A stretch of DNA of 64,000 bases. Origin: Octopus sinensis (lineage: Eukaryota). Of this stretch, positions 26,517 through 40,929 are shown in pieces (the stretch's first letter is position 1; every line of letters begins with the position of its first letter). The notes under the pieces are model-generated. The model was not told the origin of the DNA, did no database searches, and saw nothing but the letters and a program-made list of their open reading frames with translations. Position numbers and translations under genes: made by a program. The DNA lies in contig NC_042998.1 of NCBI RefSeq assembly GCF_006345805.1, positions 12,772,001 through 12,836,000 on the forward strand. The letters run 5' to 3'.

Positions 26517-26905
26517 ACTAGCAGTATCACCCGGCGTTGCTCGTGTTTGTTTCGACCCTTTAGAATTGGAATTTTTGCAAAGCAAAAATTTTGCATTATT
26601 TAGCTTGTTATTCTCTTTAAGTGAACATTTTTTCTCTTTGAAATACACAGAAAAATTGCGACATGGCAGTAAAAAAATCATAAAAAATAGGGGTTTTCAT
26701 AGAAAAAAAGCACCCTTTTGATGTAAATAATTTTTGGTGTTAACATGGTCCGATTTGAATTTTTCTTCTACGGAAGGAAGAGCAAGCCTTCTGTCACACT
26801 CTCAATTTTGGTCAACTTGTGACGCAGGGTCTCGGAGGAGATAGGGTTAATTGAAGGCTACCAAACCTGCCATACTCAGACAACCTCAGCTTTATATATA
26901 GACAG
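26517..26905 (+). mobile_element. Non-autonomous Helitron/Helentron-like element
   Basis: Starts actagcagtatcacccggcgttgctcg and ends ...ctttatatatag, termini typical of invertebrate HINE/DINE-like elements. Confidence 0.5.
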
Positions 26906-27045
26906 ATTACAGTTGTACTAACTGTGGTGTTCGTCAGTAATGTAAACGAGTAATTCATCCTGTTCTATAACGCCGGGCAAACTGTCATATCGAACGTAGT
27001 GCGCTATGCACACAGCTGTATTTGAAAACAAATTTATTAATTTAT

Positions 27046-28260
27046 TTACCGTCTTTTTTCCACTATTGCAGCCTTTATTTTGTTATCGTATATCCTCGGG
27101 TTCAATTTCACTATCGTCAGATTTTTCATTTTCGCTAATTTTTTCTCAATTTCTTTATGTTTTTTGTACAACATTACAGCTCTGAGATTTTTTCCTTTGG
27201 GTCTTCCTCCTTCCTTGTATGTTTTTAGACATTCTTCCACTTTTGTTGACCATTTTACCGTTTCATCCCACGTTGGACTTTCACTCACTTTAATTACTGT
27301 ATCTCTCCCTTCATGTGTTCGACCTTCTGTCTCGTCGGCAGACTTCTTTTAATTTTTAAAAAGTTTTCTGGACTTTGGGTGGTGATTCCACCCGTTTTCG
27401 CTTTCTATCCTCTTTTTCTTCTGTTCTTTCCTTTTCTTTCTCCTTCACTAACTCGTCGCCACTTTCCATATTATCTGATCTCATGATTTCTTCTTCCGCT
27501 TGTAGTTCTACATTCTCTCTTTCTAACTCCTCTGTTAAAACTTTTATTCTTTCCTCCAGTGTTATCGTCTTCTCTTGTATTTCTCTTTGGGGACACACAT
27601 CTTTCATGTGCCCTCTGCTCTTACATTTATAACACACTGGAGGTCTCCCTCCACCACGACTCTCAGTCGTGTCTCATCGGGGAACACCAACTCCTCCGGG
27701 ATGTTGTACAAATCTGGCATGGTTATGTGGATTAGGGTTTCCACCGCATAACCCCACCAGTTTATTTCATTCGACTTGTCCACCTTGAGTATGTCCACGT
27801 CCTCCTTGCAGTTGTAAATTATTGCAGCTTCTATTCTTTCGGTATCATTTTCCGATGCGATTTTGCTTATTCGTACTCGCGCCACCCTTCTTCCACAACA
27901 AGTAGGAAGTAATACCCATTTTTCTGATCTCAACGCTGTCGTTGTATTCCTTTCTGCTTCATCTTCATTTTCGAAGCGAACTTCTACTGTTGCGTATGTT
28001 CTACCTCTATTGTAGAAGGTAGTTCTTCCTTGTATTTCTTGGAAACATTTTTCAATCTCTTCTACTTCTGCCACCTCTATTCTTTTTGAGACCACATTCC
28101 ATGTTCTGCATGTTATGGGTTTTTCTCTGCTTTTTTACTTCGTTTTCAAGTGGTGTAACCCTCAGACAGTCTCCTCCCTTTTTGAAGCTGTCGTAGTATT
28201 TCCTCAGATTTCTTTTAACAGTAATATGTTGGCAGACAGGCTTTTGCCTGCTGCTTTCGC
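27046..28260 (-). pseudogene. L1/Tx1-like ORF1 (RRM-like region + CCHC zinc knuckle + charged tail), frameshifted, with no ORF2
   Basis: VEVRF..GRRVARVRISKI...RLRVVVEG, then CYKCKSRGHMKDVC (CX2CX4HX4C) and an acidic/basic tail. Stop at 27046 is followed by AATAAA. Confidence 0.65.
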
Positions 28261-28269
28261 GTAAGTCTG

Positions 28270-28520
28270 GGCTTGCATACCCAACAAATGCAAATTTATT
28301 CTATGATGGAGTCCCTAATTTGCGTTCCGAAAGTGTTCAACCCTCTATAAACTGTATATATACACAACAAATGCAGCAGTTATTCTATAAAGGAGTCCCT
28401 AATTTGCGTCCCGAAAGTGTTAAACCTTCTATAAACTGTTGAAATACTCAACAAATGCAGCAGTTGTTCAATGATTGAGTCCCTAATATGCATACCGAAA
28501 CTTTTTAACCCTCTATTATG
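28270..28520. repeat. About 3 further units of the 84-bp minisatellite
   Basis: Same unit as 25110-26345. Confidence 0.9.
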
Positions 28521-28708
28521 CCAGTATACCAGCGGCCTGTCAATGGGGATCTTAGTCCACACAGTATCAATGTATGATATAATATATATGACACATTTGT
28601 TATAATTATATATAGGGCAAATTTAGTAATTTATCTTGTTATATTATTATAAGTATATGATACAGTATTATGTTAAATTTTTAATTTTAATGTTTTAGTT
28701 GGGAATTG

Positions 28709-28780
<72 letters not shown>

Positions 28781-28904
28781 TATATATATACATTTTCTAT
28801 CATTTATATATATATATACACATACACACATATATATATATGTATATACATGCATATATATATATATACACATACATACGTACATACTCAAACACTCGCC
28901 CCAT

Positions 28905-29165
28905 TCATACATAAACTATCACCCTGCTCGCGTAACGTCGTTGGGCAGGGTCAATGTTAATCCCTACACATTTTCCTCTCTCCGTTTATTTTGATTGTCT
29001 CCTAGATTTTCCTCTTAATCCTTCTTGACGATGCGCTTAGGTATGAAACGTTAAAGACTTCTAATCTTCCCAAATGCCCATGCCAGGTGGGCCACTTTTG
29101 GTAAACTAATACACATGCTTGATGTTCCTACATCAGTCTTCGTCTTTTTTCTGTGAATTTGAGTT
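28905..29165 (+). mobile_element. Diverged relative of repeat family H4, ending in (TA)n
   Basis: ccttcttgacgatgcgcttaggtatgaaacgttaaagactt aligns with H4 cctttctgtagaagagcgtaggctcgaaacgtaaaagactt; shares the 3' motif gtcttcgtctttt. Confidence 0.5.
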
Positions 29166-29181
29166 ATATATATATACAAAC

Positions 29182-29215
<34 letters not shown>

Positions 29216-29246
29216 TTATATACATACATACATACACATACACACA

Positions 29247-29320
<74 letters not shown>

Positions 29321-29788
29321 CAAATTTAACAATCAGTTATATGTACGAAGAAAATCATATCGTTATTTTAGATTACACCTTAATAATCCAAGAATAGTTT
29401 CAATTGCATTAACATACATACACACACACACATATAAGTATATATGCATATATTCATACACACACACGCACACACACACACAAGCAAACATACACATATA
29501 CTTATATAACATTATTAGAATTAATAACAATATGTCCAAAAATTTATGTCACCACAAATTTATCAAGATAATCCAAATTTGTGAAACTCTCATTGAACAT
29601 CTGAAAAAATAATTCGCTCTCAGAAAATGCTAATAAAAATAAACGCCAAATCAAATTGAACTTACGACATTTATTTATTCAACCAAGAGCGAAGTTATTG
29701 AATAACTTATTTTATATAAGTAAAAAATTTAAAAATACCATACTAATTCCATATTTTTTGACAATTTGAAATCTACATAAAAAAACCT

Positions 29789-30192
29789 AACGTAGGAATG
29801 ACTGTGTGCTAAGTAGCTTACTTACAAACCACATGGTTCCGAGATCAGTCCCACTGCGTGGCACATTGGGCAAGTGTATTCTAATATAGCCTCGGACCGA
29901 CCAAAGCCTTGTGAGTGGATTTGGTAGATGGAAACTGAAAGAATCTCGTCGTATATATGTATATATATATGTGTGTGTGTGTGTCTGTGTTTGTCCCCCC
30001 ACATTGTTTGACAACCAATAATGGTGTGTTTACGTCCCCGTAACTTAGCGGTTCTGCAAAAGCGACCGATGGAAAATGTACTAGGCTTACAAAGAATAAG
30101 TCCTGGAGTAGATTTGCTCGACTAAAGGCGGTGCTCCAGCATGGCCGCAGTCAAATGACCGAAACAAGTAAAAGAGTAAAAGAGTAAAGAGT
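29789..30192 (+). mobile_element. SINE S1, full length
   Basis: Matches the S1 consensus; ends in (aaagagt) repeats. Confidence 0.9.
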
Positions 30193-30726
30193 AACGTTGA
30201 AAACGAGTATATTTATCTGTCAAAATTGTTGACGTCACTGGATATATAAAGAATGTCATCAAGTTTAATAGAAAAATCTATACTCGTTTTCTACTGTAGA
30301 TTTCTTTTTATGTAGATTTCAAATTGTCAAAATATCCGAAATTGGTATGGTATTTTTATAATTATTTTTAATAAAATACATTAGTTATTCCACGACGTCG
30401 CTCTTGGTTGAATGAAATGTCTAAAGTTAAATTTCGTTTGGTATTTCTTTTTGCTAGCGTTTTTTAACAGTAATAGTTATTTCAGATATTCAGTTAAAAT
30501 TTCACCTATTCGGATTACCTTGAAAATTTTGTGTTCATAAAAAATCTTCGTACATATTATTAATTTTAATATTATGTGTGTATATATATATATATATATA
30601 TGAATATAATATAAAATAAAATATATATATATATAATACATATGTGTGTGTGTATATGTATGTGTGTACATATATATATATATATATATATAATTCATAT
30701 GTGTGTGTGTATATGTATGTGTGTAC

Positions 30727-30758
<32 letters not shown>

Positions 30759-30778
30759 ATATATTATATATATATATA

Positions 30779-30890
30779 TAGGGAGAGTTTACGGAAAAAA
30801 CAAAAGACGAAGACGGGTGTTGTACAAAACAAACAGATGTATTAATACGTTTCGAGCCTAAGCTCTCCTACAGAAAGGGACACAGAACAC
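30779..30890 (-). mobile_element. Repeat family H4 copy, internally deleted
   Basis: Matches 40151-40345; 3' end abuts (TA)n. Confidence 0.75.
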
Positions 30891-31345
30891 ACACACACAC
30901 ATATATATATGTGTGTGAGTGTGTGTGTATGTGTATGTGTGTGTGTGTATGTGTGTGTGTGTGTGAGTGGTGTGTATGTATATGTTAACGCAATTAAAAC
31001 AATTGTCGGATTTTTAAGGTGTGATCTAAAATAAGGATATGATGTTCTCCGTACATATTGGTTGCTGTTAATAATCTGAATTTCTTAAAATTCTGCATAC
31101 GTTTTGTTGTGCTTATCTGTCGTACATAAGAATTTACCTGGGATTTGTATCCCACTTAGAGTTACTGGTATCTACTAGTTGGAAAATTAACCTTGCTTAG
31201 TGTTTACCTGGTATTTCTACGACCTTTTAATCCCATTTTTCCTACATACATACATAGATACATACATACATATATGCATACATACAAACATACTCACTCA
31301 TAAATACATACATATATACATACATGCATATATATACACTTTATA

Positions 31346-31490
31346 CTTTAACTTGTTTCAGTCATGTGACTGTGGCCATGATGGAGCACCGCCATTAATC
31401 GAGCAAATCGATCCCAGGACCTATTATTTGTAAGCCTTCTATATATTCAATCGGATTCTTTTGCCGAAACGCTAAGTTACGGGGACTTAC
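31346..31490 (-). mobile_element. 3' half of SINE S1, fused downstream of a 5S copy
   Basis: gtccccgtaacttagcg...atggccacagtcacatgactgaaacaag. Confidence 0.85.
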
Positions 31491-31605
31491 GTTTACAGCA
31501 CCTAGGTTTCCCAAGCGGTCACCCATCTAAGTACTAACTAGGCTCGACTTTGCTTAACTTCGGTGATCGGACGAGAACCGGTGCTTTCAAAATGATATGG
31601 CCGTA
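31491..31605 (-). rRNA. 5S rRNA: 5S rRNA copy (likely a pseudogene or SINE head)
   Basis: Minus strand: tacggccatatcattttgaaagcaccggttctcgtccgatcaccgaagttaagcaaagtcgagcctagttagtacttagatgggtgaccgcttgggaaacctaggtgctgtaaac. Lacks about 3 nt at the 5' end and has no oligo-T terminator. Confidence 0.9.
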
Positions 31606-33256
31606 TATATATATATATATATATTTATAAATTGATCAAAATAAAAACATGATGCGGAGAATTCAGCGGTACATATGTTTCGGGCCTTTATTAGACAGAT
31701 TTATAACAATGCATAATGTATGTCTGTGGCCTTCTTCAGCCGCGCACAACAGCTTCCACAAGGACATGTGTTACATCAAAAATTCTTGGTTGGGGATGCA
31801 AATCCTCTCATTCGCGTACGACATAATGCGGCAGCAGCATAGAATTGAAGCGTCCATCTCTTTCTTCTCTCAATGTAGAATGAGGAAATTTGGATGTTGA
31901 AGTAATGTAAATAAATAAATACATATATAGACGTGAAGATGGAGGGGCGAGAATTCAGGACGAGGGATAAAAAATGTATAAAAAGTGTAAGTATAGAAAA
32001 ATATTAAAATGTAGAGTATAAAGATATAAAGGGATATAAGGAGATGTAAAGGGGGTATAAAGAATATAAAGAAGTATAAAGAAATATAAATAAATGTAAA
32101 GGCATAAGGTTATAAAGTAAAAATAGAAATAGAAATAAAAGTAAAAAGTAAAAAAATAAAAATAGGAATAAACATGGTAAAAATGTAAAAAAATATAAAG
32201 ATAAGGGATGTATAGAGGTTACGGACCAAACATGGTGGTCAGGAGATTGATAAAATTAGTTGTAGAAGTTTGGGTGTCAATAAATCAACAGTTTCGTCTG
32301 GGGACCTAATGTGTTGTAAATCAGAGCTGTTGAGCGTTTAATCTGGTTCTTTGAATTAATGTCATCTAGTACATACATACCATCATGGATACATACACCC
32401 ATATACACGCGTATATACGCCTCCAAGCCTATAAGCATACACACGCACTCGCGTGTAAACATGTACATAAAACACACACACCCACACGCACGCGCGTACA
32501 TATACATACATACAACAGAATATCCGCATGTATACACGGACATTATACGTGTACACACCCATATGTACATACGTGCGCCCATCCCTACATACACATACGC
32601 ATATGCCCACGCTTCCAGGTTTAGATATAAGATATTAAAGGATGTATATAAGAACGTATGTAAAGAATCACGCACTCACGTCTACACGCGCACGCACACA
32701 CGGCTGTGTGTCCATATGTGCGTACACATATACACTTACATACACACAGAGAGACATACGCGCATATGGGTATAGCTATAAGATATTAAAAGATGTATAC
32801 AAATAGGTTTAAACATATGAATATAAGAAAACATGTAAAAAAAGAAATACGGGGTATGTACATCCAGACGTAGATGTTTACTCGTACATATGTACATATA
32901 TGTATACGTATACATACGTACACGGACGTTCGTATAATCATAAAGTGGATCCATAGGTAAGTAAATAGAGATATAAAGCGATAAGTTAGGGGTAAGAATG
33001 AGGGTAAGGGTAAAAATTAGAAATAAAAGTAAGAAATACAGTATAAAATAAGAAATACAATGTAAAAGTTAGAAATGAAATATAAAAATTATAAAAATTA
33101 TAAGAGTTAAGGTAAGGGATGAAAATAAAAATGAGAATAAATCGAAGTAGAATAAAAGTAAAAATAAAATAAAAATAAAAATAAAATAAAAATATAATTT
33201 GGTAAAGTTTAACATGAGATGAAGGTGGTTGAAAGTTAGAGTGTGTGTTAAAGGTG

Positions 33257-33334
<78 letters not shown>

Positions 33335-34059
33335 TACATAGATATAAGCATTTATCTATGGTCTAGTGTTCTTTGATTTTATTTGTGAAGTGGAGGGGTT
33401 TAATTTTAACTCTCTTGTAGTATACGAAAGATTCAAAGAAATAGATAAGCGCAGATAATTACACGATAATTATAATATACATTATTTTATTTAGTGCTGT
33501 TCTACATTGCTTTTTGTTATATGAAATAGAACAAGATAACGCTCAATCGAAGAACCAGTCGACCTATTGAAAACAACTGCCAGCTTCATATTTGAATAGT
33601 TATTTAAAAACGCATTTGATGTATTGTTGAAAATCAGATATTGTAACAACATTTAAACACGTAAAGTTCTGAAAATTTTGAATGTACCAATGATATACTT
33701 AAAGCGCAAATATAACGAATATGTGGTTTTGAATCGCGAATACCGAATATATCGCTTTGCCTGAAGAATGTAGCACTATTTTTTGAAACTACACATTACC
33801 TTTCAAACTCTTTTCAACATTTCGAAAGATTAACGAGCATGTATTCATTTTGTTCATAAATAGTTCTAATTTAATAAGAATGTTTTCAAATTTCAAAAGA
33901 ATATGATTTATAATTTTAATTAGAAAGCCAATGTTTAGCAACAAGTTTGTTGCGAGAACAACATGTTAACAAATTTTAAACTAAAATGTGATTTATATTA
34001 AAATATGCATTGAACTTCATGAATTGTCAATGTTATAGAAAAGTGGAAAACAAAAACAG

Positions 34060-34322
34060 CAACAGCAGCAATATAATAATAATAATAATGACAATAATAA
34101 TAATAATAATAATGACAATAATAGTAATAATAATAATAGTAATAATAATAATAACGATAATAATAATATTAATATAATAATAATAATAGTAATAATAATA
34201 ATAATGATAATATTAATATTAATAATAATAATAATAATAATAGTAATAATAATAATAATAAAATAATAATAATAAGAATAATAATAATAATATAATATAA
34301 TAATAATAATAATAATATAATA

Positions 34323-34372
<50 letters not shown>

Positions 34373-34430
34373 TAATATAATAATAATAATAACTAATAAT
34401 AATAATATCAATAGTAATAATAATATTCTT
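34060..34430. repeat. ~370-bp (AAT)n microsatellite
   Basis: Direct reading. Confidence 0.95.
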
Positions 34431-34780
34431 AGAGTAAACGAAAAGGAAATATGGAAGAAAAATGTATCTAGAAGGACTTCACCAACGCTTTGAACGAATC
34501 GCTAAGATGCTAGTGTAATCATTAAATGTATAGTTAAAATAGAATATGAAGAAAATGAGAAAGACAAGCATTATAAATAAAAGAAGATGCCTATGAAAAT
34601 TGGCGATTAGATTTGCACAGAATTAAAAACACTAGATTACATTTAACACTTAATTGTTGTTTTAGATGTCGAATCTCGATTTTTAAAACAAAAATCATTG
34701 TAGAGCAGTTCTTTTTAAACAATTTATTTTCATGTATTTGTTCTAGTAGATTTGGCAATTTTGCATATTAAATTTCAAGA

Positions 34781-34849
<69 letters not shown>

Positions 34850-35237
34850 GCTGCTGTCGCTTTTGCTGTTGAGCGAACGGTCTTCGTCCCAGAGCTCGCA
34901 AGATGGGAGAAGTCCGAAACGTGGTCCTTTGCTTTTCGTAAGACCCGCAGAAGAGAAAGCAGGTCAACCCCCGAGACCAAGAGCATCGACGGATTGATGA
35001 ATGCGCATCCAGGCTCGGCGGTTGCGTAGGAAGTCGGGGACAAGAAACAGGAAGAAAGAGTGAGAGAAAGTTAGAGCGAAAGAGTACGACAGGTGTCGCC
35101 AACACCCCCTCCCGGGGCCTCGTGGAGTTTTAGGTGTTTTCGCTCAATAAACACACACAACGCCCGGTCTGGCAATGGAAACCGCGATCCTCCGACCGCG
35201 AGTCCGCTGCCCTAACCCGTTGGGCCATTGCGCATCC
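34850..35237 (-). mobile_element. tRNA-SINE of the S3 group with a different 3' tail, ending in (TAG)n
   Basis: Head ggatgcgcaatggccc..ggttagggcagcggactcgcggtc and the central gtgtttattgagcgaaaacacctaaa domain are shared with S3. Confidence 0.8.
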
Positions 35238-35244
35238 ACTTGCT

Positions 35245-35275
<31 letters not shown>

Positions 35276-36003
35276 ATGCTAACTGTAATTCTGTTCCAGT
35301 TATCGACCTTTCACAACACTCAGAATTTCCCGCTGAAAGATGCAATAGACCAACGACCTGTGCATTGAACTCCATCTTTGTATCCTACACAGCAGTCGCT
35401 TCTAACATTAAGAGAGACACTTATCTCGAACCGAATTGTAAAACATCATCCTACTCAATGAAAGACCGGACTTGATGCAGCTTTTCACCTCTGCTTTCCA
35501 AGTCCTGGCTTATCGTGTTTTTGAGCCTGCATTTGAGCTACAATAAATACAATGTTAGTGTTTCACACAGACGAATTATCGATGGCCATTTTTTCTCATT
35601 GCAAATTCCTCGCGATACCTTTTCAATCGTTTTTTTTCCAAGTTTCTGCATCTCTCTCTCTCACTCTCTTTCTCTCTCTCTCTCTCACTTGTGCCTTTTA
35701 CTCTTTTTACTCAAATGCATTTTTAAATAAAAAAAAAAATAATGATTATACACAAATTGCCCGTTTCTCATTGTTTTAGTTTTACACGCGTGTGACTGAT
35801 ATCATATACAACTATAAGTGGTTGCTGTTGACAAAGTAGTGGAATTTGTTGTACTGGTGGTAAGGACAGAGCAAGCAAATCATGGTATGGTTGCCGCCAT
35901 AAGTCACCACAATACAGTTATAGCTTCTGTAATTGTCGACAGCATAAATTGTGACTCAAGCAACGGTGATGATTGTAGGGTGATTGTCTTGGAAATAGTT
36001 GTC

Positions 36004-36367
36004 GGATCTTTTCGGTTTGACCGGCAGTTTTTTCTAGCGGTGTCATATGGAATTGTCACCCATAATTATGACCCTAGTATCGATCTATTACATTTCAATC
36101 TGTTTTTAGGATTAGGTTTCGGGGTGGGGGAAGGGTATTTTTTTCTTCACAAATGTAAATAAACCCAATCTGTTTCTTAAACGACGGACATATTCATACG
36201 GCACAGAATGTTTTTTTTTTTACCTCAGTGGACGTCATTGATTGGTTTCTCAATAAAGCTAAGAGAAAAAGATGTTTTATAAACACATTCTACCAGTATA
36301 CGAAGTTTAACATTTTTTAGTTACCTAAAAATTATGTTAAAAACTGCCGTCCAAACCGAAGAGATCC
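36004..36367. mobile_element. Second GGATC-TIR MITE, in opposite orientation
   Basis: TIRs ggatcttttcggtttgacc / ccaaaccgaagagatcc. Flanks tagttgtc and tagttttc match at 7 of 8 positions. Confidence 0.85.
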
Positions 36368-37559
36368 TAGTTTTCTTGTCTTTTCTCGCTTGTTTGTTTC
36401 ACTGTCCTTATTATCCCTTTCTGTTAAATTTTGTTGTTGAAGTGAAATTTTTACAATTTAGACTCTTAGACAGAAGTCTTCGCTTATCGACTGAGTGAAA
36501 GGAAAATATTTAGCCGTGCGCAAAATTTTAGGAATTACTTTCTTCCGAAATTAAGTGAGAAACCTGGGATCTTTGTGGTTTTTATCACTTTTTACAATTT
36601 TGTTCTCAAATTTGGTATATGGATTAAGTTTTGTATCCTAATTATGAAAATGTAATTAATTTTCCCAAATAACTCTATAATTAAAAAAGTTATTACCCTT
36701 TAAAGTTTGCAAAATTTTTGTATTTTAGCCAATCAGAAGTGAGAACTTTACACATCTCCGTGGCAAAAAAAGCTCTGTTTCCTTAGTAAACAATGATGCT
36801 GCGCATGTGCACAAAGAGGAGAAAGAAATACAAGAAAGATAATCTTCTACTGTAATACTCTTGTGTTTTTCTCCGTCACAACATATGAATGAGAAAGGAA
36901 AGGGTGATAGATGAATAAAGAAGGAAGGGGTGATGACAAACTGGAAGTGGGACCGTTTCAGCTCTGTGTGTCTATATGTGCATGTATGTAAAAGGGAGGT
37001 ATGTGAATGTCTGTGTGTGTGTGTGTGTAATGGGATGATGCCATCATTTTTGATTACACAGCGCCTGCTATTTTATAAAATCCGCGAGTGTATTGCAAAC
37101 TTTAACTACAAATTGACTTTTTTTAACTATGTTTTGACTGTTATTTCTAGCAACCCTGGTTGGTTTGTTTGTTCGTAGCTTCTGAATATTTAATTTGCTC
37201 GCGAATGTTTTAATGTTAACTTCATTCGAGTATACTTTAATGTTGTGACTGTTATTTCTAGCAGTGGTTTGACATGCCGAAGTCCTCACCGCTTCCTGAT
37301 GATGGAAGATGCAGCGAATGCGGTGTTTTCTGATTGGCTGAAGATTCCGAAAATTATCGAATTTGAAAACCTTTAAAATTTTTGTAAAATTTTTCTCGAA
37401 TAGATGAATAATTCGGATCGAGCGTCAAAAATTACATCTATATGATGCATAAAAACGCTTTTTAAAGATAATTGTAAACAGTAAGGGAATACAGAAATAC
37501 CCGAAACAGGCAAAATACAAAGGATCATGGTACGCTACTCGTAACTTAACAAAAGAAAA

Positions 37560-37965
<406 letters not shown>

Positions 37966-38442
37966 TTATACAATGTTTCTGAATAGAAAAAAGAATGAAA
38001 GGATTAATAGATTTTTAGGTTTTCACCTTTTATCGACTATCTGTAATGAGATATAAGCTCTTCTGCGATGAGTGGAGCAACTTCATATTAGGTGTACAAG
38101 ATCGCGCGTTTTTATCTCACCTTTCCATTGGAACTTTTGCATGTTTTCAAAGAAGGCTGCTTTTCACATTAAGCCTCCCTTTTTTCCCCATCGTTACTGA
38201 GGATTTGCGTACTAGAATTACAAGTTATACCCTCTGGCCGTTTAGTGTTCACTACTGGTATTGTTATGGACAGGGTCGGTGGTTTTGGGGTATTACGTAA
38301 TGGTATTGCTAGTGAGTGCGCTGACTCACAAAATCTGATTGATATCGACTGAGTATTGATAATTACCATGATTTGTACTTGCTGTTGTATTTCTGGTGTC
38401 AGGGTTCCTCTGCAGAAAGCCCCACACTAGATGTTACTGAAG

Positions 38443-38750
38443 GAGCATGGCTCAGTGGTTAGGGAAACCGCCATTTATATATAGGGTCATGATTTCGATT
38501 CCCGGCAGCTCATTCTGTGCCAGAGCTATACACTTCGTTTCACGTTGCTCCAGTCTGATCAGCAGACTGTACTTGTATTTCAAAGGGCCCGCCTAATATA
38601 TTTCTGTGTCACGCTGAATCTTCCTAAGAACTACGTTAAGGGTACGCGTGTCTGTGGAGGGATATCCACTTGCACGTTAATTTCATGAGAAGGTTGTTCC
38701 ATCGATCGGATCAACTGGAACCCTCGCCGTTGAAACTCTACAGAGGGCCA
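38443..38750 (+). mobile_element. tRNA-derived SINE family S4, diverged
   Basis: ggagcatggctcagtggttag (A box)...ttcgattccc (B box), followed by a ~250-bp non-tRNA body. Confidence 0.55.
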
Positions 38751-39141
38751 TATATTTGCTATTGCATGTATAGTAGCTTGTCCGTATCCCTTGGCTGCGG
38801 AATGTTAAAATCCTATTGCCATGCAGCAGTGTCTCATCAATATATCTACGATGAACTAAGAATTAAGGCCGAATAACAGTTTGTAAAATGTAAAGCTGAA
38901 AATGCATATGAAATATCTATACCAATTGCAGGATTATTAGATATTTTAATACTACTGACGACGCCGAGGCCGATTTTGCAAACTATTATTGATTTCTCAG
39001 TATTTAAAATGAGGAATGTAATTTGAGAAATACGTTTCCATAGCTATCAAATATTTTGATTTAATTGATTATTATCAACAAGTACTTAGAAATTTCCGTA
39101 TATTTAATCATGTATTATATGCAATGCGGTTGCGCATAAAA

Positions 39142-39178
<37 letters not shown>

Positions 39179-39191
39179 GTATATATATATA

Positions 39192-39222
<31 letters not shown>

Positions 39223-39240
39223 CTGTATCTAAATCTGTAT

Positions 39241-39273
<33 letters not shown>

Positions 39274-39320
39274 CATATATATATATGTGTGTGGGTTTGT
39301 ATGTATGTATATACGTATGT

Positions 39321-39351
<31 letters not shown>

Positions 39352-40150
39352 TGTCTGTCTGTATGTATGCGTGTGTATGTGAGTGTATCTGCGTGTGTGT
39401 GTTTGTGCATGAAGATAATTACATATGTAGAATATATGATATATACAGTATATTTATCAATTAATTTTTGCATATACACAGGCACGTACATGCATATTCA
39501 ACACACACACACTCACACACATATATATATATATATACATATACCCATATAAAAACACATGATACATCCAAAACCTATATATCCATTAAGAGCTATATTC
39601 ATAGTAAGCTGAATATATATTCATGTATAACTCTAAACGTTATACATTCCAGTAAACTCACAAGAAGCTTGCATGTATACACATAATCGCCTAAAACGAT
39701 CCTTAAAGGCAACAAAAATTAACAAGAAAAGGCAGAAAAACATGAATTTGACAGATATATCAGTAATTAAATACTTTCCACGGGTATTTCATTTCGAATA
39801 AGAAAACTTCATTCTGCAATTACATAATTAAATACATAATTAATGAAAATTAATTTAAATTAAATTAATTTAATTAATTTAACGCAATGCTTATTTGAAA
39901 TCAACAGGAATTCTACCAGCTAAAAGCAGTTGCAGATATAAATAAAAATGAGACATCTATCTATCTGTCTACTCTTCTTCATCAACTTACCTTTCTACTG
40001 ATTTTGTATTTACCCGCCTCATTTAACCATCTGTTTGTCTTCTTCCTTCATCTTGTTTTGCGCACCCATTCTCCTTTATTCCCTATCTTTCTCTTCATCT
40101 ATCATGTTATCTACATTTCCTCTAACCAATTTACCTCTCCCCATATATAC

Positions 40151-40345
40151 ATAGGGAGAGTTTACGAAAAAAACAAAAGAAGAAGATAGGTGGTGTACAA
40201 AACAAACAGATGTATTAGTGTAACGCTCAGGAACAGAAAAAGTATTTTACGTTTCGAGCCTACGCTCTTATACAGAAAGGGTCACAGAAAAAACAAGGAG
40301 ATGAAAAAGGACAGAAAAAGTGTGTGTGGTGGCTAACGATCTATC
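40151..40345 (-). mobile_element. Repeat family H4 copy
   Basis: Matches 16996-17175; hammerhead-like motif at 40245-40279. Confidence 0.8.
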
Positions 40346-40376
40346 ATGGTGACTAGTCATGTATATATAATATATA

Positions 40377-40443
<67 letters not shown>

Positions 40444-40452
40444 TATATATAT

Positions 40453-40483
<31 letters not shown>

Positions 40484-40929
40484 GTATATATATTATATAT
40501 ATGTATATATATGTATATATATATATATATATATAATTATATATATAATATATATATATACTTACTTATCCTTCTATTTCCTACTTTGTCTATCGTGTGA
40601 ACTTTTTGCAGTCTATTTATTCTCTGATCATTTCCACTCTTCATATCTTTCTTCATATCTATGCATCTCTACTGCCTCGTTAGTTTTTCAAGCAGTAACC
40701 ATTTCTTGGCAAATATTATTAAAATACTGGTGCATTGTAAGGTTAAATATCTGAAAATATATGAACATCAGTATCTGCACCTAGGTGTAAAGATATAGAA
40801 ATGCGTGTTGTTACCTCTTTAGATAATTCATCTGCTACGTTAGTTTAGAGGCTGTGCTATAATAGAGTTTATTATACATATTTTAGTGACTCATCGTTGT
40901 GTTCCAAAGGTATCATGTAGGAATATATA

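Noticed and set aside
31930-33250. Strongly purine-biased and alternating purine/pyrimidine stretches with long ORFs
   Set aside because: This is cryptic simple sequence (decayed microsatellite) with low-complexity translations.
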